A program made the translations under genes and the position numbers. DNA of 64,000 bases from Ruminiclostridium sp. (lineage in GTDB: Bacteria > Bacillota > Clostridia > Oscillospirales > Ruminococcaceae), in NCBI GenBank assembly GCA_051882195.1, contig JBJERI010000034.1, positions 252 through 64,251 of the forward strand, written 5' to 3'. The notes beneath the pieces were generated by a model that saw only the letters and a program-made list of their open reading frames with translations, was not told the origin of the DNA and ran no database searches. This document shows, piece by piece, positions 1 to 8,660 of this stretch. Every line of letters starts with the position of its first letter. Positions within the stretch are counted from its first letter, which is position 1.

Positions 1-352
1 CCCCACGCGGGGGGCGACATGCGGCTTGTAAACATCGATACGGGCATTGAAAATTTCAACTCACACCCCCACGCGGGGGGCGACTACCTGTACTTTTCGG
101 GGCATGTATGGATAAGGTCATTTCAACTCACACCCCCACGCGGGGGGCGACTTTAAAGCAAAAGCGGATATAAATACCCGCTTATGCAATTTCAACTCAC
201 ACCCCCACGCGGGGGGCGACTATCGGTAAATGTCACAGATGGACGATTTCAAAAATTTCAACTCACACCCCCACGCGGGGGGCGACCATTATAATTAAGA
301 GGGTTCGATTTTAGTAACAAATTTCAACTCACACCCCCACGCGGGGGGCGAC
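1..352 (-). CRISPR. CRISPR array, type I-C-like. Six repeats (the first is truncated by the window edge) and five spacers of 34-37 nt. The array continues beyond the window start.
   Basis: The 32-nt repeat ATTTCAACTCACACCCCCACGCGGGGGGCGAC occurs at 53-84, 120-151, 189-220, 255-286 and 321-352, with a partial copy at 1-18. Its minus-strand form GTCGCCCCCCGCGTGGGGGTGTGAGTTGAAAT has the GC-rich hairpin and the GTTGAAAT 3' handle typical of I-C repeats. It sits directly downstream of cas2 on the same strand. Confidence 0.97.
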
Positions 353-526
353 CCTACAAATAGCATACAATCCCCGCCCCACCACAATATGGAGGTAACA
401 ATCGGCTTTTCTCCGCAATTTCCCGCAGAAAAAACCGCAAAAATCAACTTAATTCTCTGCGAACCCCACGGCATTTTTCCATTGCCGACAGTTCGCAATC
501 TATATACTGCCAAACCCTCCGAAGCC
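353..526 (-). promoter_or_regulatory. CRISPR leader, between the cas2 stop and the leader-proximal repeat at 321-352
   Basis: A non-coding 174-nt gap lies between the cas2 stop (527) and the first repeat. This is the usual leader position in cas2-proximal arrays. No promoter was mapped. Confidence 0.6.
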
Positions 527-826
527 CTAAACAATCAGCACTCCCTCGGGATTATAGGTTTCCTTTGCCCCGAAATGCTCCACTCTGCGCTCCCAGTTAT
601 TGCCAAGATAATAAATGCGCAGACTGTCCTTTTCGGGGTCGATTTCGTTAAGAAGCCGGGCTTTTATTTTGAGGAATGTGCCGTAATCCGCCATAATCTC
701 GAATACGGAGCATTGCACACGCTGTCCGTAATCCTGACAGATTTTCGCCACCTTCCGCAGCCGCTTTTTGCCGTAGCTGCTTGTGGTGGAAACGTCATAG
801 CTTACAAGCACCATCATAAAAATCAC
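527..826 (-). CDS. cas2: CRISPR-associated endoribonuclease Cas2
   Basis: 99 aa starting MIFMMVLVSYDVS, with a ferredoxin-like Cas2 N-terminus. It abuts the cas1 stop and the array. Confidence 0.95.
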   Translation of the reverse strand: MIFMMVLVSYDVSTTSSYGKKRLRKVAKICQDYGQRVQCSVFEIMADYGTFLKIKARLLNEIDPEKDSLRIYYLGNNWERRVEHFGAKETYNPEGVLIV

Positions 827-1849
827 CTACTTCATAATATAGCAAGGGTATTCGTCAATTTCCCCGCGGATATATTTTGCAAGGAGAGAGCTTTGCACAA
901 AGGGCAATAACCCAAAAGGAATTTTCTCCTTAAGATATGGGTGAACAATCACCGTCCGCTTTTTCTCCTGCCATGCGGAAATAACCTTGCGCTTGCCGTC
1001 CTTTGAAAGATAAACAGCGCCGCCTGGCTGGGGCTCAAAATCCTCTGCCGTAAGCTGCTTAAGGTTTATCATTGTAAGCACCAGTCTGTCAATTGCAGAG
1101 CGGAATTCCTCCACCATATCGCAGGCAAGACTGCATCTGCCCGGGCGCATTGCGTGGTAAAAGCCAAGATAGCTGTCAAGCCCCACGCTTTCAAGAGCGG
1201 AAGCGCAGGAGCTTGTGGCAATGGTGTAGAGGAATGAGAGAGCGGCGTTTACTCTGTCAAGGGGCGGCCGTTTTGTGCGCATTGTAATGTGAAAATTCTC
1301 TTTCTGCTTAAGGATAAGCAGGTTGAAAATATCGAAATATGCCTTTGCACAGCTTCCCTCAACTCCCATAAGGGACTCAATGTCACTGGTGTTATAGGCT
1401 GTTTCAATGCCCTTTTCAAGATATTCAACGCAGCCCGAAAGCCGCCCGTCCTCATCAAGCTGAGGATAGTCCCTCATTGTGCGTTTTATAAGGTATCTTG
1501 TGTTGGAAAGCTTGGCGGCAACGGTATTCTGCCGCAGAATGGGCGGCGGGTCGGCAAACAGCTTGTACTGTGCCGCACGGAGAAAAACATTGCCCCTTGA
1601 TTTACCCTGAATTCGTGAAAGAAACTGCCCCTCGGGAGAAAGAAAGCTCAGCGCAATGCCCATTTCGGTGCATTTTCCCATAAGGGCGGGGGACATTCCC
1701 TGATAGCTGAAGCAGAAAATTTCCTCGATATTTGTAAAGGGCAGGCGGAATTTCACTTCCCCCTCCTTTTTGCAGAGGATATTCTCCCCGTCAAGGGCAA
1801 GGTAGCAGCTTTCATCAACGATATACAAGGTGTTAAGCAGCTTTTTCAA
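827..1849 (-). CDS. cas1: CRISPR-associated integrase Cas1 (I-C type)
   Basis: 340 aa. Its position between cas4 and cas2 and its length and overall sequence fit Cas1. Confidence 0.95.
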   Translation of the reverse strand: MKKLLNTLYIVDESCYLALDGENILCKKEGEVKFRLPFTNIEEIFCFSYQGMSPALMGKCTEMGIALSFLSPEGQFLSRIQGKSRGNVFLRAAQYKLFADPPPILRQNTVAAKLSNTRYLIKRTMRDYPQLDEDGRLSGCVEYLEKGIETAYNTSDIESLMGVEGSCAKAYFDIFNLLILKQKENFHITMRTKRPPLDRVNAALSFLYTIATSSCASALESVGLDSYLGFYHAMRPGRCSLACDMVEEFRSAIDRLVLTMINLKQLTAEDFEPQPGGAVYLSKDGKRKVISAWQEKKRTVIVHPYLKEKIPFGLLPFVQSSLLAKYIRGEIDEYPCYIMK

Positions 1850-1850
1850 G

Positions 1851-2516
1851 TCATTCGCCCCCTTTCATCGACATTATTTCCGCTTTAACGCTGTACTTCC
1901 CCGTTTTTGCAAAGCAGTAGTCGGACAAAGAGCAGCCCGAGCATTTCTGACCCTTAACTCTTGGGGGAATATTTCCGCTTGAAATGATGCCCCGCATTTT
2001 TTCAAGGTAATCAAGCAGCTCCTTGTAATAGGCTTCCCCCTCTGTTTCAAAAGGCAGCTTTATCCGCCTTTTGGTTTCGGTGTAGTAAATATATCCCTCG
2101 CAGTCGCAATGCCACATACTGTCGGCGCAGATTTTCTGTGCATAAACCTGCATTGCGTCCGATTTGTGAAAAGTACCGTCCTTTGGCGGCTTTGGCTTGT
2201 ACTCGATGATTTTCACCCTGTACTTTCCCTCAAAGCCCTCTATTTCCACTCCGTCCTTACATTTTACAAATTCAACGCAGTCGGTAACGCCGAAAATATC
2301 AAGGCTGTCGTTATACACCGCAAGGGAGCTTCTTGCAATTGTGCCGTCGGCGGTGTTAAAGCTGTGGCTGCCGTCATGAACATGGGAGTGCATAAGGTTT
2401 GCGGAAACCACAAAGGCGTTTTCTGCCCAGTCGTCGTTGACCTCCAGCAGCCCGAAACGTCGGGGGCAATACATATAATGCTGTATTGCCCTTATGTTTA
2501 TGGGGAAATCGTTCAT
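1851..2516 (-). CDS. cas4: CRISPR-associated exonuclease Cas4 (RecB-like, Fe-S)
   Basis: 221 aa with an N-terminal YCPRRF cysteine and a C-terminal CSGCSLSDYC cluster (four-Cys Fe-S signature). It overlaps the cas7 stop by 4 nt. Confidence 0.93.
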   Translation of the reverse strand: MNDFPINIRAIQHYMYCPRRFGLLEVNDDWAENAFVVSANLMHSHVHDGSHSFNTADGTIARSSLAVYNDSLDIFGVTDCVEFVKCKDGVEIEGFEGKYRVKIIEYKPKPPKDGTFHKSDAMQVYAQKICADSMWHCDCEGYIYYTETKRRIKLPFETEGEAYYKELLDYLEKMRGIISSGNIPPRVKGQKCSGCSLSDYCFAKTGKYSVKAEIMSMKGGE

Positions 2517-3397
2517 TCCTTATAAGCTTCTTCAAAGCCATCCTTAATTTCAATGCCCTCGGGCTTGCCGCTTTCATCAATTGTAACCGTATAGTCGGAA
2601 TACTGTCTTGGCACTTCTGTAGTTTTTTCCACTTTTACAAGGTCGAAAAGTCTGCTTGCAGGCGCATTTCCCAGTATGCTTGCGTGCTTGAAAATAACAA
2701 GCTTTCTAAGGCTCATTTTTCCTCTTGCGGCGCTTCTGTCATACTCAAACATATTGACGATTGCTTTCCACAAAAGCTTAAGGTCGTTGTCGTCAAAGCC
2801 TGTTGACTGGGCTAAATTTGCGTTGATAAAGCCCTCCGCTCTGTACAGTCCGTAGGGAACGATTGACTTTTTGCCCATTTCCGTTTCGCCTGTTGACTGT
2901 CTGTCCTCGGTAGTTCTTGCCTGTCTTGTAATGGTAATATCCTGTGGGAAAACAGGGTCGATACTTTTGCCGAAGGTAAGCTGAACAGGGCCTCTTACAA
3001 TGCCGCATGGGTCGTCCCCTGTGCTCATTACAGCGCCGAAAGCCCTTACATCATAGTAATTTATGCACATATAGTCCTTTGCAGCTTTTACATCGCTTGT
3101 GTTCTTGCCTTTCTGCTTTAAGGGAAGTCCAAGCTCCTTGTAAGCGTCGGTAAACTTGCTGTTAAGCGCCCTGTCGGGGAGAACAAGTATATTGTTCTGC
3201 TTCTCCGCATTTTCCTCGGCAGGCACAAGCTGAACATAGTTTCTTATCTTCCTTTTAAGGCAAACGTCTGTAACAATACCGAGAGAGGTTTCCGGGTCTG
3301 TTCTTGGCATATTGCCTGCGTCGGGGTCGCCGTTGGGATTGCCGTTTTCAACGTCGAAAAGCATTATAAATTCGTATCTGTTCTTGATTGCGTCCAT
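2513..3397 (-). CDS. cas7: Cas7 (Csd2), type I-C Cascade backbone subunit
   Basis: 294 aa. The N-terminus YEFIMLFDVENGNPNGDPDAGNMPR is the Csd2/Cas7 I-C signature. Confidence 0.93.
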   Translation of the reverse strand: MDAIKNRYEFIMLFDVENGNPNGDPDAGNMPRTDPETSLGIVTDVCLKRKIRNYVQLVPAEENAEKQNNILVLPDRALNSKFTDAYKELGLPLKQKGKNTSDVKAAKDYMCINYYDVRAFGAVMSTGDDPCGIVRGPVQLTFGKSIDPVFPQDITITRQARTTEDRQSTGETEMGKKSIVPYGLYRAEGFINANLAQSTGFDDNDLKLLWKAIVNMFEYDRSAARGKMSLRKLVIFKHASILGNAPASRLFDLVKVEKTTEVPRQYSDYTVTIDESGKPEGIEIKDGFEEAYKE

Positions 3398-3422
3398 GGT
3401 AAAAATCCTTTCTCAATAAAAA

Positions 3423-3776
3423 TTATTCCGTTTCTTTTTTAGTGTAAAAAGCGTTGTTCTGCTGATAATAGCCGATAATGAATTTTCCCTGCTCGTCAAG
3501 GGAAAGGGTTGAGGGGAATTCATTTCCCATAAGCTCCATAACCTGACTTATGGCTTTCTGTGCGCCGTAATGACTTTTCTTTGACAAATGGGTCTGCGCA
3601 AGGGTCAGCAGTCTTGGGAAAACCGTTGACGGCTTTGAGCAGGCAGAAGCAAAGAACTTGTCCTTGATTGTGGTGTTAAGCTCGGTGTCGGCGGCATTTC
3701 TCTGCGCCATTTCCAGCGCCGCAAAAAGTCTTCCGCAAAGGTAAGCGGGGTTTTTGTTTTCTGTGTCCAGTGCCAT
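3423..3776 (-). CDS. cas11c: Probable Cas11c small subunit (117 aa) from an in-frame internal start within cas8c
   Basis: The minus strand reads cAGGAGGaaataaaaATG. This is a perfect SD (plus-strand coordinates 3785-3790) 8 nt upstream of an in-frame ATG (3774-3776), giving MALDTENKNPAYLCG... to the cas8c stop. Internal translation of Cas11 from I-C cas8c is established in other I-C systems. Confidence 0.55.
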   Translation of the reverse strand: MALDTENKNPAYLCGRLFAALEMAQRNAADTELNTTIKDKFFASACSKPSTVFPRLLTLAQTHLSKKSHYGAQKAISQVMELMGNEFPSTLSLDEQGKFIIGYYQQNNAFYTKKETE

Positions 3777-5213
3777 TTTTATTTCCTCCTGTTTTCCTGA
3801 AAGCCTTGCCTTTCGGTTAAGGCAGGCTTTGATTATTCCTATACGGGTGTCGTTTATTTTAACAAACCTGTTTTTGTCGGTGTCATTGTCCGTTTTAACC
3901 CGTCTTATCACCGTGCTTAACAGCGAATCGGGATATTTTGTGCCGTTGAGTATAGAGTAAAACAATGCCGACGAAAGGGGCGAGGGGACTTTATCGTTTG
4001 AGGATTTAGGCGAGATAAGCTCCTTTAAAATCCAATAAGTGCTTACCTGTCCTCCCTCCTTTACCGCCATATCGTGCTGATGCCGGGCAATATTTTCCAT
4101 TATATTGCCGAATTTGTCACGTACAATGAATTTCTGACAGATTCGGGAGCTGTTTGGGGTAAAGCCTGCAATATAGAAAATCACGTCCTCATTTATTTCG
4201 GCGGTATCTGCGGCTTTGCCCTGTTTTGCCTGCTCCATTGCCGATTTTAAAGCTTCATCAGCTTTTTTGTCCTCATCTCCGTTAAGCAGCGACATAAACA
4301 AGTCACATTCCTCGCTGTCGTCCTTTGACATTGCGAAAAAGACGATTGTGGTATCCTCAAGGTAAATATGGTGCTTTTTGTCGCTTAAGAGATAATTCAG
4401 AGCGGAGGTGTATTTTTTCATTGCCCTTTGGGAAATGTTGCTGTTGTAGGACTGGGTTTTTCCGTAGGATTCAAAAGCGGTATCGTTATACATAACAAGA
4501 GCGCCGCCTACCGAATTTCCGCCCATAATTCCCTTTATTTTCTCGTGTATTCGTGCAATGGGCAGTACCTCTCCCTCAACGGCGCACATGGCGCTTATGC
4601 CGCCCTCATCGTCGCCGTCCCCATTGCCGCTGTTTTCGGCAATATATTTTGCCATAAGCTCCTTGTCCTCGTGAAGCTTTATTTCGGGGTGTCCGTCAAG
4701 AGCAAAGCAGAAATAGCTGCCCGAATAGTCCTTGCCTATGGACAAAAGCTCTTTGTTTTGGCACTGCTCCTCGGGCTTCCACTTTTCAAGAAAATTGCGG
4801 TAGGCTTTAACGATTTCCGACTCCATTCCCTCACAGAAAGCAAGGTTTTCCTTTACAAAGGCTTCGTGGGATTTTTTCGCCTTGTCCGTTTTATCTTCGG
4901 GAGTAAAGCCCTCTTTTTCAAGGTTAAGACCGAATATGTACAGCGGTCGATGCTCGATTATGTTGGCGCAAACGCAGGTTTTCTGGGTTCTTTTGGGGAG
5001 AATTGCTGAAACGGGCTTAAGAACTGTTTTGGGTTTTCCCTTTTTCTGCGGAATTTCAACAGGCTCTCTTATGCTCTGTATTCCGCTTATTTCTCCCTCG
5101 GGGGTGAGAAAAATCATAAAGCTTACGTCCTGTACGGAAAGACAGTCGGGAATTTCCCCGCCGCCCTTGCCTTTCAGATAGTCGCTGTACTCGCAAAGCG
5201 CATTTATCAGCAT
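3423..5213 (-). CDS. cas8c: Cas8c (Csd1), type I-C large subunit
   Basis: 596 aa, located between cas5c and cas7 as in canonical I-C operons. Confidence 0.9.
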   Translation of the reverse strand: MLINALCEYSDYLKGKGGGEIPDCLSVQDVSFMIFLTPEGEISGIQSIREPVEIPQKKGKPKTVLKPVSAILPKRTQKTCVCANIIEHRPLYIFGLNLEKEGFTPEDKTDKAKKSHEAFVKENLAFCEGMESEIVKAYRNFLEKWKPEEQCQNKELLSIGKDYSGSYFCFALDGHPEIKLHEDKELMAKYIAENSGNGDGDDEGGISAMCAVEGEVLPIARIHEKIKGIMGGNSVGGALVMYNDTAFESYGKTQSYNSNISQRAMKKYTSALNYLLSDKKHHIYLEDTTIVFFAMSKDDSEECDLFMSLLNGDEDKKADEALKSAMEQAKQGKAADTAEINEDVIFYIAGFTPNSSRICQKFIVRDKFGNIMENIARHQHDMAVKEGGQVSTYWILKELISPKSSNDKVPSPLSSALFYSILNGTKYPDSLLSTVIRRVKTDNDTDKNRFVKINDTRIGIIKACLNRKARLSGKQEEIKMALDTENKNPAYLCGRLFAALEMAQRNAADTELNTTIKDKFFASACSKPSTVFPRLLTLAQTHLSKKSHYGAQKAISQVMELMGNEFPSTLSLDEQGKFIIGYYQQNNAFYTKKETE

Positions 5214-5929
5214 TTTATCCCCTCCCTGTACCTTGCCACGTCAATAACTCCGTCAACCATGCGGGGACGGTAATAAACCGCCTCCGCCCTGTCGGAATAA
5301 ACGGGATTTTCGGGGTCGTTGTTTATAGGTCTGCCACCGTCCTCAAAATTGAGCCGATACAGCATAAAGCCCAAATCGAACTCCCCCTTTAAGCTGTCCG
5401 AAACAAGGTTATAGTCAAAATCCTCCACAAGCTCAATATGCTTTACGGGAAACTCTCTGCACCCTAAGACGGGCTGTCTGAACTGCTGTCCGTTTCTGAG
5501 GCGGCGGAGAATTATATTGTAGTGCTTTTCCTCGTTTTCGTCCTCATGGTCGGACTTTATTCCCGTAAGCTCAAAGTGAAATTCAATGCCGTATTTCACG
5601 TTTTTGAGCAGCATTGCCGCTCGCTGGCTTCTGTCCTCTGCGGCGATTATCTGAGGGGAATCCCCCTTGCCGCTCATCTGGCCCTTTACCGCCGAAAGGA
5701 GCACCTTGCTTTTAACCTCGTTGCGCCTTATGTTCACAAACTCAATGGGACTGAACACCACGATTTTGTCGATAACATAGCGTATTGCAGGCTTCCAGTA
5801 AACGCTTTTCAGCAGCCCCTCCAGCGCTCCGGGGGTAGGCACGTCGTAGCTTACACGCTCGACTTTCATTTCGGGCCGTGTAAAGCAGGCGTAATCTCCG
5901 TCCACCATTATCTTAAATCCGTAAGCCAT
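5207..5929 (-). CDS. cas5: Cas5c (Cas5d), pre-crRNA endoribonuclease of I-C systems
   Basis: The ORF track starts at 5983. MAYGFKIMVDGDYACFTRPE at 5929 follows a GGAGTGAT SD and avoids overlap with cas3. That start gives 240 aa. Confidence 0.9.
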   Translation of the reverse strand: MAYGFKIMVDGDYACFTRPEMKVERVSYDVPTPGALEGLLKSVYWKPAIRYVIDKIVVFSPIEFVNIRRNEVKSKVLLSAVKGQMSGKGDSPQIIAAEDRSQRAAMLLKNVKYGIEFHFELTGIKSDHEDENEEKHYNIILRRLRNGQQFRQPVLGCREFPVKHIELVEDFDYNLVSDSLKGEFDLGFMLYRLNFEDGGRPINNDPENPVYSDRAEAVYYRPRMVDGVIDVARYREGIKC

Positions 5930-5939
5930 TTTATCACTC

Positions 5940-8084
5940 CTAACACATAATATAGTTATCATCACAGCTTTCGCTGTAAACAAAGCCTTTTTTGTTGCTG
6001 TACCTGCTCATATCCTCAAGCACAAGCACTCCGTTTATTTCTCTCACAATGCCCATTTTCAGTATATCGTCAAGCTGATAGCGGTAAACGGAAACGCTGT
6101 ACCTCTGAAGCGCCCGCATAACGGACATTTCCCCGTATTCAAGGCGCTGTACAAGCCCTTTGCTTTTCTCGTCCCTCGGAATAACAATGCCCCTTGTGTC
6201 AGCGCCGATAAGCTCAAAGCTTTCCGCATATTTTCTGAATGGGAGGGAATAAAGTCCCGTGTCGCCAGCCATGCGGTAAATGGAATTTTCCCCGATAAGA
6301 CTGTCGTTGAACTTAAAAATGCGGCTGTAATAATCCTCTATGACTTGGGGAGAGGTAATATCCCTTTCAAGGAGGGACTTGGCAATATTCGCTCTTATCC
6401 CCATATCCCCTTTTAGCCTGTTTTCCGTTTCAAAAACAAAAACCTTGCTGTTATCCCGTTTTCCCTCTCGGTTGCAGCGGCCGCCTGCCTGCAGAATGTT
6501 GTCAAGTCCTGCAAGCTCACGGAAAACCGCCTCAAAATCAAGGTCAACGCCTGCTTCCACAAGAGAGGTGGAAACCACCGTGATTTTCTCCTTGCCAAGA
6601 AGCGCCTTTATCTGCCCTATTACCTCTGAACGATGCTCCGGGGTCATATATGTAGAAAGGTGGAATTTCCTGCCGTTTAGCAGGTCGTAAACCTTATGGG
6701 CGGCTTTTCTTGTGTTTACCACAATAAGTGCGCTGTCGTACCTTTCAGCCTCCGCCGCAATCGCCTCGTAGTCCTTTTCCCCCATATTCACATAGCCGCA
6801 GTTTTTGAAAGCCTCAAAGCTGCTTTTGTCGGTTATCAGCTCCTTTACCTGCGTACCCGGCAGAAATTCACGGAAAAGGGGCTTGTAGTCGGGCATTGTT
6901 GCCGACAGAAACAGCGCCTTACAGCCGAAATATTCCGCAAGAAAGCCCACTCCCCTTATGCAAGGCTTAAGGTATTTCAGCGGCAAAAGGTGCGCCTCGT
7001 CAAAGACAATTACGCTGTCCGCCATATTGTGCAGCTTCCGCAGTCTGCTGCCTTTATAATGGTACAGGCTTTCAAAAAACTGCACCGTTGTGGTGATAAT
7101 AAAGGGGGAATCCCAGTTTTCGCAGTTTCGCTTTATTTTCTCCGCCGTGCCGCTGTTTTCGTCATTGCTGTCGGGAATAAAGTTGGAATGGTGCTGCAAA
7201 ATGTCCACGCTGTCCCCGAAAATTCCCTCGAAAATCTCTGCCGTCTGCTCGATAATGCTGGTATAGGGTATAACGTAGATAATGCGCTTTTTCCCCTCTT
7301 TTACCGCCGCTTTAAGGGCAATTTCCAGGCTGCACAGGGTTTTTCCGCTGCCCGTAGGCATATTGAGAATATTTATTCCCGAAAGGCTTTGGGCGTTTTC
7401 CACCGCCTGCAAAAGCAAATCCCGTCTTGCTTTTTTTACCTTGGTGTCCGCTTTGAAGGAGTTAAGCTTTTCCTCCACAGCAGCCAGCGCCTTTTCAAAA
7501 TCCCCCTTGCCTCCTCTTGACAGGTTTCCGTTGCAGAAACGCTCCGTGTCTATAAAATCTGCGTCCGTAAGGCAGGAGAAAACATATCTTGTGAAAAAGC
7601 AGTAAAGCTCGGTAAGCTCCTCCTTTGAGCCTGCTTTTTTAAGCAGCTCCATAAGCTCCTTTTCATCGGGGAGAGCAATTTCCCATTCCTCTTTATAGGC
7701 GGAATAATCCTCGCTTTTCCGCTTCATTCTTGCCCAAAGAGTGGGCATATCCTCGCTGTCGGCGGCGCTTCCCCCATCGGGCAGCCCCGAATGGTGTCCT
7801 GCAATGCAGTATTCAAGCATGGGTGCGGAAAGGCTGTTTTTGGGAAACAGCGCCTTACATTCCTTTGCGCCGCAGACCGAATGTTCGACCCTTGTGGGAC
7901 TGCCGTTTATGTGCTTCTGAAAGGCGTCGCTGTACTTTCCTATATCGTGCATCAAAGCGGCGGTTTCCGCAAGCTTCGTTAGCCGTCCTGCGGAAAATTC
8001 CTCCGCAAGCCTTGCCGTGCCCTCAAGATGTTCCTTTACCGACTGGATTTTTCCGTCCTCGGTTTTGTGAGCCGTAAATTCCAT
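5940..8084 (-). CDS. cas3: Cas3 HD nuclease / DEAH helicase
   Basis: 714 aa with an N-terminal HD motif (LMHDIGKYSDAFQKH), Walker A (NMPTGSGKT) and a DEAH box (VFDEAH). It is the first gene of the operon. Confidence 0.95.
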   Translation of the reverse strand: MEFTAHKTEDGKIQSVKEHLEGTARLAEEFSAGRLTKLAETAALMHDIGKYSDAFQKHINGSPTRVEHSVCGAKECKALFPKNSLSAPMLEYCIAGHHSGLPDGGSAADSEDMPTLWARMKRKSEDYSAYKEEWEIALPDEKELMELLKKAGSKEELTELYCFFTRYVFSCLTDADFIDTERFCNGNLSRGGKGDFEKALAAVEEKLNSFKADTKVKKARRDLLLQAVENAQSLSGINILNMPTGSGKTLCSLEIALKAAVKEGKKRIIYVIPYTSIIEQTAEIFEGIFGDSVDILQHHSNFIPDSNDENSGTAEKIKRNCENWDSPFIITTTVQFFESLYHYKGSRLRKLHNMADSVIVFDEAHLLPLKYLKPCIRGVGFLAEYFGCKALFLSATMPDYKPLFREFLPGTQVKELITDKSSFEAFKNCGYVNMGEKDYEAIAAEAERYDSALIVVNTRKAAHKVYDLLNGRKFHLSTYMTPEHRSEVIGQIKALLGKEKITVVSTSLVEAGVDLDFEAVFRELAGLDNILQAGGRCNREGKRDNSKVFVFETENRLKGDMGIRANIAKSLLERDITSPQVIEDYYSRIFKFNDSLIGENSIYRMAGDTGLYSLPFRKYAESFELIGADTRGIVIPRDEKSKGLVQRLEYGEMSVMRALQRYSVSVYRYQLDDILKMGIVREINGVLVLEDMSRYSNKKGFVYSESCDDNYIMC

Positions 8085-8332
8085 TTTGCCCTCCTTTGTT
8101 TGTTTTAATAATTATATCACTTTACTGTGATGAAACAATTGCCCATTTGTCGATTTCTGTCGAAAGTATCAACATTTTCAACAACTTTTTCAACAATAGG
8201 TGCTGCTTTTTTATAATTTATATCTAATTTTATTATATCATAGCCTGCTGTCCTTTTGACAGTACAATAAGCATTTCCCTATGATATAACAGACAGGCGA
8301 AAAAATAGCCTTATAAAATTTTCATAATACTA

Positions 8333-8361
8333 TTGACAACAAGCATTTAAAGTGCTAAAAT
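8333..8361 (+). promoter_or_regulatory. Sigma-A type promoter for the ilv-leu leader
   Basis: TTGACA (8333-8338), 17-nt spacer, TGcTAAAAT extended -10 (-10 at 8356-8361). Confidence 0.6.
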
Positions 8362-8389
8362 TATGTTAATACATTAAAGGCAATGAAAA

Positions 8390-8638
8390 GGACTAATGTC
8401 CGCAAAAGCGTTCAGAGAGCAGTTGTTTGGTGCGAAACTGCGGCGGAAGCGGAACATACTCACCTTTGAGCCGTCCCGTGAAAGCAAGTGCAAGCACAAA
8501 AGCAAGTAGCTGGGAACGTGTCCTCACGTTACAGGGGAACGTATTGTTTGATACGGCTGAGCGGGCAGAAATGCCAACCGGAGTGGTACCGTGGAAGTTA
8601 TGCTTTCATCTCTGTTAAACGAGATGAGAGCTTTTTTA
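8390..8638 (+). promoter_or_regulatory. T-box riboswitch leader, probably Leu-specific, controlling ilvB-leuB
   Basis: AGAGAG box at 8414-8419 and GGTGCGA distal element. Candidate specifier CUC followed by A at 8459-8462. T-box sequence AACCGGAGTGGTACCGTGG at 8576-8594. A terminator follows. The B. subtilis ilv-leu T-box also uses CUC. Confidence 0.85.
8602..8638 (+). terminator. Intrinsic terminator of the T-box leader
   Basis: GCTTTCATCTC-tgttaaac-GAGATGAGAGC (11-bp stem) followed by TTTTTT. Confidence 0.85.
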
Positions 8639-8660
8639 TATTAGGAGGAATTTATACATC

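Noticed and set aside
295-910. ORFs 295-534 (-) and 389-910 (+) from the six-frame track
   Set aside because: They run through the CRISPR repeats and leader or antisense to cas2. The first contains translated repeat sequence. Neither has an SD or a family resemblance.
6696-7520. Long antisense ORFs inside large genes (6696-7520 in cas3, 8994-9944 in ilvB, 10489-11340 across ilvN-leuC, 24652-25290 in the GGDEF gene, 52964-53938 in the ABC-F gene, and others)
   Set aside because: Each is antisense to a gene with unambiguous family motifs. Their translations are low-complexity with no recognisable domains. These are typical shadow ORFs.
8427-8618. 63-aa ORF upstream of ilvB
   Set aside because: It lies wholly within the T-box leader (specifier region to T-box sequence). 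The RNA structure explains the conservation-type features.
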